30,356 nt of DNA from Octopus sinensis (GCF_006345805.1 NW_021832456.1:1-30356), one strand, 5' to 3'; shown: positions 1-9,650, counted from the stretch's first letter. Notes: generated by a model from the letters alone, not told the origin. A program made the numbers and translations.

Positions 1-425
1 TTCCATTATGCCTGCATGCAGGCATATTGTCAGAGTGGTTCTCCGACTGACGGAATCGACGGGAGCGAAGTGATGTTGCTTCTCTTTATTGATTGAGATA
101 GACCACCAATGATAATCTTTAGCGGACAACACCAGAAGTGAATTAGCCTTAAGTGGCTGATCACCGATTGACCAAGAACAGACTAAGATTAATCAGCAAT
201 AGCAGCAGTAAACGGATTTTAGTTCAGAATTTGACAACATGAAGTCTTCTTTGTTGGTTAAAAATAGTCATTTGACGAAGAAAATCGATCACACCGGGGA
301 AGTGATTTTTTTATTTATTTTGCTTTTGACAAAGATAAACATTCGTTACAAACGGATGTCAGAATAATGCATTTATTGAGTACACAAACACAAACATACA
401 TACACACAAAAACATGCATACACAC

Positions 426-805
426 ATGTATAGTCATGCAAAGTGACATTTAACAACTTCGAGTGCACTCGGATGTGAGAAGGCTTACCACTGCGCAAGC
501 AGACACAGGAGATTATTGAAAATTCTCCTCTTAAATGTCCTCGGCGTAAACACATTGAGCTATAAATGACGTCATTGGAAGGTACGTCACATGCGTTCCT
601 GCGTTCTGATATTCATAGCAGTTGATATGAAAGAACGCAGAAACATGTGTCCTATGATCTAATGATGTTACTGGGAGCCTAATGTGTTTCCATACATGCC
701 ATCTAGGAGGAGAATATTCACCCGAGACTATTTCCGCAACGGAAGGCCTTCTCGCATCCAAGCATACTCGAACAACGGGTTAAATATGATTTTACACGAA
801 TACAT
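426..805. repeat. Long imperfect inverted repeat (fold-back), arms ~190 bp, centre ~621
   Basis: Nested complementary blocks: TTCGAGTGCACTCGGATGTGAGAAGGCT with GGCCTTCTCGCATCCAAGCATACTCGAA; TGAAAATTCTCCTCTTAAATG with CATCTAGGAGGAGAATATTCA; AAACACATTGAGCT with AGCCTAATGTGTTT; CTGCGTTCT with AGAACGCAG; TTCATA with TATGAA. Confidence 0.9.
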
Positions 806-819
806 CACAATCAACACTG

Positions 820-935
820 CCTCGTGTGGTGGTAAGAATTTTGCTTCCCAACCATGTGGCACTGGGTGCAAGCCCACTGCGCGGCATCTTGAGCAAGTGT
901 CTTCTACTATAGTCTTAGTGAAAGAAGCCCGTTAT
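820..935 (+). mobile_element. Degenerate, internally deleted 5' part of tRNA-derived SINE family A
   Basis: TGGTAAG..TTGCTTCCCAACCA..CCCACTGCGCGGCATCTTGAGCAAGTGTCTTCTACTATAG..GAAAGAAGCCCGT aligns to the family A copies at 2810-3253 and 22047-22600. Confidence 0.75.
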
Positions 936-963
936 ATACATATATATATATATATATATATAG

Positions 964-1175
964 TTAATCCAAACAAGAAAACACAGAAAAAAAGACAAAA
1001 AAAACACAGCAACGCAGGACGTGGAACAATTAAAGTATTATTGACGCTCAGGAAAGAAGGGAAGGAGGGTTTTACGTTTCGAGCGGAGCTCTTCGTCGGA
1101 AACAAAGAGAAGAGGGAAAGATCCCAAGAAGGAAGACAGAGGAAAAAATATTTGAGCTGGTGGTGCTCAAGAGAT

Positions 1176-1178
<3 letters not shown>
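964..1178 (-). mobile_element. Penelope-like terminal (pLTR-type) repeat, copy 1
   Basis: About 200 bp clearly homologous to 2266-2455. It sits between (TA)n tracts and carries a minimal hammerhead motif. Assignment to Penelope is inferred from the motif type. Confidence 0.65.
1069..1103 (-). ncRNA. Minimal type I hammerhead-like motif with a core U4C change
   Basis: Minus strand GUUU CCGACGA A GAG CUCCG CUC GAAA CG UA AAAC: stem I GUUU/AAAC, stem II GAG/CUC, palindromic ACGU in place of stem III. Confidence 0.55.
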
Positions 1179-1238
<60 letters not shown>

Positions 1239-1691
1239 GTCTGTTGACTATATTCTTTCTCACTGGACCGCTGGTGGCGAAAAATTTCTCTTGAATTTTT
1301 TGCTACCCTGATATTGATTAATAATGATTTTTTGGCTAATTCTGAAATTAAATCAGCAGTTTATATTTGCTGCTGAGAAGTTGGCGCGGTGACGGTAGAT
1401 TTGAAAATTTAGAATATATATTCTCGAGGCGTCGATGCTGTCGCCTCGTGGATATATATTTCCTGGTTCTTTGCTGACGAGACAGGCCAGTGGCAATAGA
1501 TTTAATTTAATTTAATTAAATCGGTTTGCCAATATGTATGTCGAAACTATGCATAGTCCAAAGATGTTAAGGGTAAACGTTTTTTATTTCCTTTGGTTTC
1601 TGAATTACAACTATTTAGCGGTTTGAGTTTAGCTGCTCTTTCTAGTGGGTCGAATGGCCTATCAAGGCCATTCCTTAATGTTGTTGAATGT
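1239..1691 (+). mobile_element. Hairpin-rich, hammerhead-bearing non-coding element inserted in (TA)n (Penelope pLTR-like or retrozyme-like)
   Basis: Unique-looking sequence bounded by (TA)n on both sides, with hairpins at 1353-1376, 1413-1460, 1491-1531 and 1652-1673 plus the hammerhead at 1468-1564. Confidence 0.6.
1463..1564 (+). ncRNA. Type I hammerhead ribozyme, canonical core, predicted cleavage after C1558 (GUC)
   Basis: Stem I UCUUUG (1468-1473)/CAAAGA (1559-1564); CUGACGA (1474-1480); stem II GACA (1481-1484)/UGUC (1539-1542); GAAA (1543-1546); stem III from palindrome ACUAUGCAUAGU (1546-1557); C17 = 1558. All conserved core positions match the hammerhead consensus. Confidence 0.9.
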
Positions 1692-1703
1692 TATATATAT
1701 AAT

Positions 1704-1736
<33 letters not shown>

Positions 1737-1769
1737 ATATATATGTATATATATGTATGTATGTATGTG

Positions 1770-1770
<1 letters not shown>

Positions 1771-1830
<60 letters not shown>
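1771..1830. repeat. (GAT)20 trinucleotide microsatellite following a TA/TG/TATG tract
   Basis: Direct reading. Confidence 0.97.
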
Positions 1831-2265
1831 ATTTTGGATTATCGCCGATTGAATTTTGAATATGAATAATAATTTCATTTCTGAACACTTATTTTCCAAT
1901 TTAGATTTTTTTATAAAAAGTCAAATGAAAAAAGACGCAGTTAACCTGAAAATATATTGCAGAACACAATTATTCTACGAATTCATCTTCAGAATTGCTT
2001 GTTTTTCGGCCAATATACTTTCGACAAGTGTCTTTTCGTTAAATTTTCTCTATTCCATATGTATGTATGTATGTATGTTTGCATGTATGCATGTATGGGT
2101 GTATATATGATGTATGCATGTATATATATATGTGTATGTGTATGTGTATATATGTATAATATATATGTGTATATATATGTAATATATGTATATACATACA
2201 TACATACATGCTATATTATATATTATATATAGATATATATATTATATATATATATATATATAAAC

Positions 2266-2455
2266 TTAATCCAAACATGAAAACACAAAGAGAAAACACA
2301 ACAACGCCAGGATGTGGAATAAGTATAGTGTTATGGACGCTCAGGAAAGGAAAGAAAGAGGATTTAACGTTTCGAGTAGAGCTCTTCGTCAGAAACACAG
2401 GAAAAGGAAAGATCCAAGGAAGGGAAGACGGAGGAAAACAAATCGCCAACGGTAC
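2266..2455 (-). mobile_element. Penelope-like terminal repeat, copy 2
   Basis: Homologous to 964-1178 (TTAATCCAAACA..GACGCTCAGGAAAG..ACGTTTCGAG..GAGCTCTTCGTC.GAAAC..GGAAAGATCC); flanked by (TA)n and (CA)n. Confidence 0.65.
2362..2396 (-). ncRNA. Minimal type I hammerhead-like motif
   Basis: Minus strand GUUU CUGACGA A GAG CUCUA CUC GAAA CG UU AAAU; intact CUGANGA and GAAA boxes, palindromic AACGUU. Confidence 0.65.
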
Positions 2456-2482
2456 ACACACACACACACACACACACACAAC

Positions 2483-2515
<33 letters not shown>

Positions 2516-2528
2516 CAGACAGACACAC

Positions 2529-2597
<69 letters not shown>
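2454..2597. repeat. Compound microsatellite (CA)n(TA)n(GA)n(GATA)n
   Basis: Direct reading. Confidence 0.97.
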
Positions 2598-2611
2598 TCC
2601 CACCACCTCAC

Positions 2612-2790
2612 AACCGCTGATCATGTATCTACGTCCTTGTATCATAGCAGTTCGTCGAAAGAGATCGATAGAACAAATAACATGATAGGCTTTAAAAATA
2701 TAAAAGATATACTGGAGGCGATTCGTTCGGCTGTAAATGTTCAAGGCGGTGACCCAGCATGGCCGCAGTCCAATGGCTGAAAAAAGTAAA
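2612..2790 (+). mobile_element. Old 3' half of SINE family A
   Basis: TAGCAGTTCGTCGAAAGAGATCGATAGAA..AAGGCGGTGACCCAGCATGGCCGCAGTCCAATGGCTGAAA matches the 3' half of 2810-3253. Confidence 0.8.
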
Positions 2791-2809
2791 TGATAATAAA
2801 ATGAAAGAT

Positions 2810-3253
2810 AGGAGTGGCCGCGTGGTAAGTAGCTTGCTTACCAACCACATGGTTCCGGGTTCAGTCCCACTGCGTGGCACCTTGGAAAAGTGTATTCTAC
2901 TATAGCCTCGAGCCGACCAAAGCCTTGTGAGTGGATTTAGTAGACGGAGTCTAAGAGAAGCCTGTCGTATATATGTGTGTGTGTGTTGTGTATATGTATA
3001 TATATGTGTGTGTGTTTGTCGTATATATGTATATGTATATATATATGTGTCTGTGTTTGTCCTCCCAACATCGCATGACAACCGATGCTGGTGTGTTTAC
3101 GTCCCCGTAACATTAGCGGTTCGGCAAAAGAGACCGATAGAATAAGTACTGGGCTTACAAAGAATAAGTCCTGGGGTCGATTTGCTCGACAAAAGGCGGT
3201 GCTCCAGCATGGCCACATTCAAATGACTGAAACAAGTAAAATAGTAAAGAGTA
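2810..3253 (+). mobile_element. Near full-length tRNA-derived SINE family A with internal microsatellite
   Basis: A-box-like TGGCCGCGTGG, B-box-like GGTTCAGTCCC, tail GACTGAAACAAGTAAAA; high similarity to 9038-9446 and 22047-22600. Confidence 0.92.
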
Positions 3254-3824
3254 TATCTCCCTCGCCACCTCCAACATCCATTTATATGATTTACCTGGAT
3301 GCTCTCTGCACATTTCTCACTGCACACACAGATCTCTCTCTAGCTCTCCTTTAGTCACTATCCATCTGTCAGTTTCTTATCTTTTTATCTCTTACCTGTT
3401 TTCTATTCACAAATACAAGATGTACGATAACTCTAACCTAATAAAATCGTTCGAAGATGCATTTTTTTTTAAATAAAAAAAATTCAGAGCCATGTTAAAA
3501 ATACGGAGTGAATAGAGCAAATATTTGTTGCCTCATAAACAATTTGGGGAAATTTTAATATGAAAATATTCCTCACGTTTCTAACGGATGTAAGAAAGAA
3601 AAAAAAAACGAAAAAAAAGACCGAGCCACTAAGAAAAGAAAAAAAAGAAGCAAAAGGCGAAAAAGATTAAGAAATATCTACCGAAGCTTCAAGAGAGATG
3701 AATATAAATAAGAGGATATGGAAATATGGAGATATTTCGGAGATTATTATTGTTATTTATGGGAGGTGAATTTCAATATGTCGGAAAAATCAGAACACGA
3801 AAACAAGAAATGTATAAGCTAGGG

Positions 3825-4086
3825 ATGTATGTATGTATGTATGTATGTATGTATGTATGTATGTATGTATGTATGTATGTATGTATGTATGTATGTATGT
3901 ATGTATGTATCTATGCATGTATGTATGTATGTATGTATGTATGTATGTATATATGTATGTATGTATGTATTTATGTATGCGTGTATGTATGTATTTATGT
4001 ATGTATGTATCGCTTTCTCTGTCTCTCTTTCTTTGTCTCTGTCTGTCACTGTCTCTCTGTCTCTCTGTCTCATCTTTCTCTCTTTC

Positions 4087-4120
<34 letters not shown>

Positions 4121-4196
4121 ATCTATATATAATTATATATACATACACACAAATATACATACATATATATATATTTATATACAGAAATAACTATTA

Positions 4197-4241
<45 letters not shown>

Positions 4242-4353
4242 CATATGTATAAATATGCATGCATACAAATAATATATATGTATAGATATACACACAAATA
4301 CACATACATACATTATGTATATATATATAGCATGAATACAGATAAATATATAC

Positions 4354-4397
<44 letters not shown>

Positions 4398-4535
4398 TAT
4401 GTATACATATATATATATATATATATGCATGATACATATGTAGGTATATATATATATGTATATATATATGCATGTATATACATATATATGTATGTTATAT
4501 ACCAAATATATATATGTATACATATACTACATGCA

Positions 4536-4627
<92 letters not shown>

Positions 4628-4655
4628 TTGTAATTGTACATACATCTATGTATAT
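3825..4655. repeat. Compound microsatellite field (TATG)n, (TC)n, (TA)n, (TG)n
   Basis: Direct reading. Confidence 0.97.
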
Positions 4656-5044
4656 TTAAAGACAGAAACAGCAGCCGATCGTTCTCTAATAATACACCAG
4701 CATGTTAGAATATAAAGCACGGACAGGGGTTCATGTAGTCATAGATATTTCAATGCCTGATTGATGAATGTGATCGTCGCAGTTGGGTCATTTTTGACCT
4801 GATCAAGGCGAGCATGAGTTTAACAAAAATGATATCTACGCACACACACATACACACTCGTACATGGACACCAAATACATCCTCAGCACGCACAGAGTAC
4901 ATTCGTCTATATACTGAAATATGTTTTTTTAACATGTTCTTGTAAACTAGAACGTGGTAGGCATTCGCTGCACGACGGGATCTTGTCTCAGAAGATAACT
5001 CGTTTTCATACTGTTTGTATGTTACCTCTACATTAATTCGAGCT

Positions 5045-5119
5045 CCGAGTCACGCGGCAGATTATTAGACACGATGTTTCGGTGTGATTTCGCCTCCTCA
5101 GTAGCTGTCACCGTCTCGG
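5045..5119 (-). ncRNA. Partly decayed type I hammerhead ribozyme
   Basis: Minus strand CCGAG A CGG UGA CAG C UA CUGAGGA GG CGAAAUCACA CC GAAA CA UCG UG UC UA AUAAU CUG CCG CGUGA CUCGG. The core is intact with GUC at 5070-5068; proximal stem I is only 2 bp, followed by further paired blocks. Confidence 0.65.
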
Positions 5120-5399
5120 TTGTCTACTGCTAGGTAGTAACATTTGTTTTTCTACACAAACACACAATGCCTGAAGAGTGAAAATTGTCTTCGAGATAAA
5201 ATCCAGCAGCGAATGCTTTTATGTTCTACTGTATAAGGAAATGTTAAAATTAAATATTCACAGGTTTATTATGACATTTGCTGTTTCTTGTGCTTATGAC
5301 AAATTAATTCTAGCTTGCAAGCCCTAGCAGACACAAGCAAATGTATTGTTGATCGATTTTGTTATAAAAGATGATTTTTATAATTTTGGATCTGCTTCC

Positions 5400-6045
5400 G
5401 GCTGAGCCCATTACGTATAAAAATGTTTAAAATTTGTATTAAATCCCTCTAAGACTGTGAAGACTGAGAATTACCCGTCAAGGACTTCAGTGAACTTTTT
5501 ATATAATACCACTATTTCAGCTAATCTTGAAGAAAGGAACAAACATCTTTTTGCAATAAGGCATGTTTGCTGGTGAGAAATCTTTCTCTGTGCCATAGAA
5601 GTAAATATTTTCACTTTTAGGTGTGAAGATGGTTTCGTTGCAAGAATTTCGATTCCAGCAAATGTTCTCACCAAATTTAAACGTTTTAAGATCCCAGAGC
5701 GCCTTTTATTTGCGACGATCATCAACTAAGCAGAAAATCAGTCTCAAAATCTATTGGAATCCCGTAATTTTCTCATGGGTGATTTCTAAATATTTTTCCT
5801 CTCCCTTAACTGGAACCAATAAAATTCATTCTCCTAAGTTTCTGACAGAAGATCTAAGAATATTGTATATACCCAAGAATTGCAATACGCATTGGGAAAA
5901 TTTACTGATTAGAAAAATGATTAATTTCAAGTAATTATGCAAATTAGACTATTATCTTGAAAACTTATGTTCCATATATATTTACATGTATTTATATGTA
6001 TATGAGGTATATGTATATGTATATGTATATGTAATGTTATATATA

Positions 6046-6088
<43 letters not shown>

Positions 6089-6121
6089 AGAGAGAGAGAG
6101 AGAGACAGAGAGAGATGTAGA

Positions 6122-6158
<37 letters not shown>

Positions 6159-6162
6159 GTAT

Positions 6163-6202
<40 letters not shown>

Positions 6203-6493
6203 CTACATATATATATGTATGTATTTGTATACATACATAGAGGAATAAAATTAGTTTTGTATTTCCCTATTTATATTGCTTTTGCGCATTTTTACTCACC
6301 TCATTTTGAACCATCTTCTAAATTGCTTGGATGCAATAAATTTGAATAAATCAATATTCTCAGACAAGCTGAAGATCGTTTTTCTTCAAAAGTAACTATT
6401 TAAAGCAATTTATACAAAAATACAGTGTATTCATGAAACTGCATTTATTTTTAGGTATTAATAAACCCCGAGAAAGTTCGGGCAGTCAGGTAC
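5400..6493 (+). mobile_element. Decayed 3' portion of an autonomous Helitron (Pif1-family helicase C-terminus and degenerate 3' end)
   Basis: Translation KFKRFKIPERLLFATIIN*AENQS (5673-5744), FSHG (5768-5779) and SKNIVYTQEL (5853-5882) match Helitron helicase motifs FKRxQFPVRLAFAMTINKxQGQS, FSHGQLY and TKNIVYxEVL, with a stop and frameshifts. Hairpin CCCGA-GAAAGT-TCGGG (6467-6482) is followed by CAGTCAG-GTAC-T where CTAG-T is expected. The left boundary is approximate. Confidence 0.75.
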
Positions 6494-6599
6494 TGTTTCT
6501 TGTATACAAACATACGTACATACATACATAATATACTATACATACATACATACATACATTACATACATACATACATACATAATACATACATAATATATA

Positions 6600-6640
<41 letters not shown>

Positions 6641-7094
6641 CATATATATTACATATATATATATATATATATAATATATATATATATATATCTTATATAT
6701 TATATATGTATATATATATATATATATGTATTTAAGTATATTACAGTTACACATACGTGTCTGTTTTTGTGTGTGTAGCTAAATATTAGCATCATGACAT
6801 TTTGTAATGGTATCTTCCAGCTATCTGTTTTGCAGTCATTTATTATGTAGACTTGTCTGCACTGTCATTAGTTGTATGTGTGTGCAATTATTTATTGTGG
6901 GATACAGTTATTGGCTCTGTGTGTGTCTATAACCTTGCTGTTATTATTAATTATTATTTAACTAGTGAGGGTAAGCGAGTGGGTATGCCAGTCGTGTAGA
7001 CTTGTTACTCTCGGGACATCTACGATTCTGCTACAAGTAAACAAACATTATAATACTCTCCAATCGCTATTTACCTAAGACTATAAAAGCAATG

Positions 7095-7496
7095 TTTACT
7101 ACTTACTTACTTGTGGCGCCATTCACCCTGGGCGGGTTGAGTCGGCTTCTTCTACCACCCTCGAGGCATCTCGAACCATGGCGGTGGAAGAAGTTTCGTG
7201 GGAATATGAATTTCACAAGCGGTCCCCAACAATCCCGCATGCAGAGACATCCAGTTTGCCGCAGATTGTCCGCAGACACGGACAGAACGACCGAGGAGCC
7301 GCCGGTTGCCGAAGCAGATACTCCGAGGATTTTCACCAGAGCCCCGCCTGCCGGGTTGTGGCCCTAATTCTACTCGGTGTCAGACCAATCCGCCTTGGGT
7401 GGCCCTACCAGGAACTGAAGTTCCCGACGGCATAGCTCTGACACTACCCGTTACCAGCGTCCCCACCACGGTGAGGAGGGGATGGACTTTGGGGAC
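7095..7496 (-). mobile_element. Non-autonomous RTE-derived element (5' UTR-like part joined to a short-repeat 3' tail)
   Basis: GC-rich island. Minus strand GAGCTATGCCGTCGGGA..CCTGGTAGGGCCACCCA resembles the RTE-clade 5' UTR motif (from recall). It ends in (AAGT)n, with candidate TSD GCAATG at 7089-7094 and 7497-7502. Confidence 0.65.
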
Positions 7497-7666
7497 GCAA
7501 TGCTTCGGTAGAAACGAGTACAAAAATTTACATTCCGTTCATCAACAGAATTTTGTTACTGGCGGCCATCTTTGCTACCATCCTCATTTTTGAAGTAGAG
7601 TCAGAATTTAGGCAACTGACGAATGTTGGCTGACTACATCTCATAACAAGAAACCCAATGTATTTT

Positions 7667-8005
7667 CAAATTAGACTATTATCTTGAAAACTTATGTTCC
7701 ATATATATTTACATGTACTTATATGTATATGAGGTATATGTATGTATATTATTGTTATTATTGTTAGTTATGGGAGGTGAATTTCAATATGTCGGGAAAA
7801 TCAGAACACGAAACCAAGAAATATATAAACTAGGGATATTTGTATGTATGTATGTATGTATGTATGTATGTATGTATGTATGTATGTATGTATGTATTTA
7901 TGCATGTATGTATGTATGTATGTATGTATGTATGTATGTATGTATGTATGTATGTATGTATGTATGTATGTATCTGTTTCTCTGTCTCTCTGTCTTTGTC
8001 TCTGT
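7667..8005 (+). repeat. Mosaic local duplication: copy of 5940-6015 joined to copy of 3744-4042
   Basis: CAAATTAGACTATTATCTTGAAAACTTATGTTCC... is near identical at 5940 and 7667; TTATTATTGTTA.TTATGGGAGGTGAATTTCAATATGTCGG... is near identical at 3744 and 7755. Confidence 0.9.
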
Positions 8006-8206
8006 ATGTAATATATAATATATAATAATAAACATTATTTTATACTTTACATCCAGTGTAGGATACATTTCTCCGCTTAACACCACAAACGCAACTGAAT
8101 CTCGCTGAGGGTTGCAAGCTAAGTGACTCCTTCAGCGATTTGAAAACACAACGCCAAATCTTCAGAGATAGACAAAACCACATCTTCGAGGAGCATAGCA
8201 ACAAAA

Positions 8207-8573
8207 TCTCTCTATATATAAACAGCAAAATGTCTGTGTGTGTGTGTCCTTTATACAAATCCACAATTTTTCAGTTAGAGAGCTCGTACTTCCTATGGCC
8301 ATTCAAAAACCATTCAAGGGTGGTCGTGCACATCTCTACATTTCCCCAGTCACCCCGCAAAGCCATTAAAAAATCAATAGAAGTGACTTTTTTGTAAATT
8401 TTCTAACCAAAACCCAACCAAAATGCCCGAAACTTGATACGCCAATTGAATACCAGCTAGCTGTATGTGATTGGTCGGAGATTTGGACAGTACTCGCGTG
8501 TATATGCGCACGCATGCAGCTGTATATGCATGCAGTAGCACTATGACCCGGCAACGCCGGGACATAGTGCTAG
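8207..8573 (+). mobile_element. Non-autonomous Helitron
   Basis: 5' A|TCTCTCTATATATAAA, 3' GC-rich hairpin CCCGGC-AAC-GCCGGG (8547-8561), terminal CTAG|T, inserted between A and T with no TSD. Confidence 0.9.
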
Positions 8574-8682
8574 TACTCTATAATAGGAGATTTAACGAGA
8601 AAATAAAAAACACATTGAGAAGACCGAAGTAGAAAGAGTAATTCTAGAAAATATGTGAATTCATGTTTAGAGGATAATGACG

Positions 8683-9006
8683 GGATTAAAGACACCCTTC
8701 AGTCAGGAATGATCATGGGATTTGGGATTGCATTTATGAAATTATCCCCCCAGGCGCATGCTCGGGTAAAGATCTTTGTGGAAGACCAGCAGTTGCTCAA
8801 TCATACAAGTCTCCCCTTTTCACGCCACAAATGTTGTCCAAGGGAAAGGCAAAGGGCCGATACAACTTGTCACCATTGACGTCGCAACTCATTTCTACAG
8901 TTGAGTGAACTGGAGCAACGTGAAATAAAGCGTTTTTCCCAAGGTTACAACTCATAACCCGGTCCTGGAATCGAACTCGCAACCTTACTGAGCCATATGC
9001 TTTCAC
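8683..9006 (-). mobile_element. tRNA-derived SINE, family C type, decayed
   Basis: Minus strand B-box GAGTTCGATTCC and core TTTCACGTTGCTCCAGTTCACTCAACTG shared with 20834-21360; body CCAAGGGAAAGGCAAAG..TGACGTC.CAACTCATTTCTA shared with 22945-23166. Confidence 0.8.
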
Positions 9007-9037
9007 AATGTCGGGATTAAATAAGGTAAAAGCCCCA

Positions 9038-9446
9038 TTCTTTTACTCTTTTACTTGTTTCAGTCATTTGACTGCGGCCATGCTGGAGCACCGCTTTCAG
9101 TCGAGCAAATCGATCCCATGACTTATTCTTTTTAAGCCTAGTACTTATTCTATCGGTCTCTTTTGCCGAACCGCTAAGTTACGGGGACGTAAACACACCA
9201 GCATTGGTTGTCAAGCGATGTTGGGGGGACAAACACAGACACACAAACACACACACACACACATATATATATACATATATACGACGGGTTTCTTTCAGTT
9301 TCCGTCTACCAAATCCACTCACAAAGCTTTGGCCGGCCCGAGGCTATAGTAGAAAACACTTGCCCAAGGTGCCATGCAGTAGGACTGAACCCGGTACCAT
9401 GTGGTTCGAAAGCAAGCTACTTACCACACAGCCGCTCCTACGGCTA
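9038..9446 (-). mobile_element. Full-length SINE family A
   Basis: Reverse-complement match to 2810-3253 along its length. Confidence 0.92.
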
Positions 9447-9484
9447 TAGATTTGAGGACGGTCGAAATCAACACGATTTAATAA

Positions 9485-9650
9485 TGTTTTCTACTTTAAG
9501 CACAAGGCCGGAAATTTGTAGGAGAATGTGTAAGTCGATTACTTTGACCCCAGTTCTCGACTGGTACAACTCCGAAAGGATGAAAGGCACAGCTGATTTC
9601 GGCTGCATCTGAATTCAGAACGTAAAGATGGAAGAAATGCCGCTAAGCAT
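9485..9650 (-). mobile_element. Old variant of SINE family B running into the minisatellite
   Basis: TAAGTCGATTAC..GACCCCAGT..ACTGGTAC..CCGAAAGGATGAAAGGCA..TCAGAACGTA..GCTAAGCATTT matches the family B copies at 24248-27607. Confidence 0.8.

Noticed and set aside
7-26. Perfect 20-bp palindrome TATGCCTGCATGCAGGCATA
   Set aside because: Real, but at the window edge, built on the common TGCA/CATG motif, and with no supporting context.
7430-7500. HDV-like ribozyme at the 5' end of the RTE-derived element
   Set aside because: A P1-like helix and UCCUC are present, but I could not assign P2, P3 or a catalytic C.
8040-8660. LINE endonuclease remnant interrupted by the Helitron (IIGD..N-like at ~8580)
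   Set aside because: Only one frameshifted motif; too little to call.
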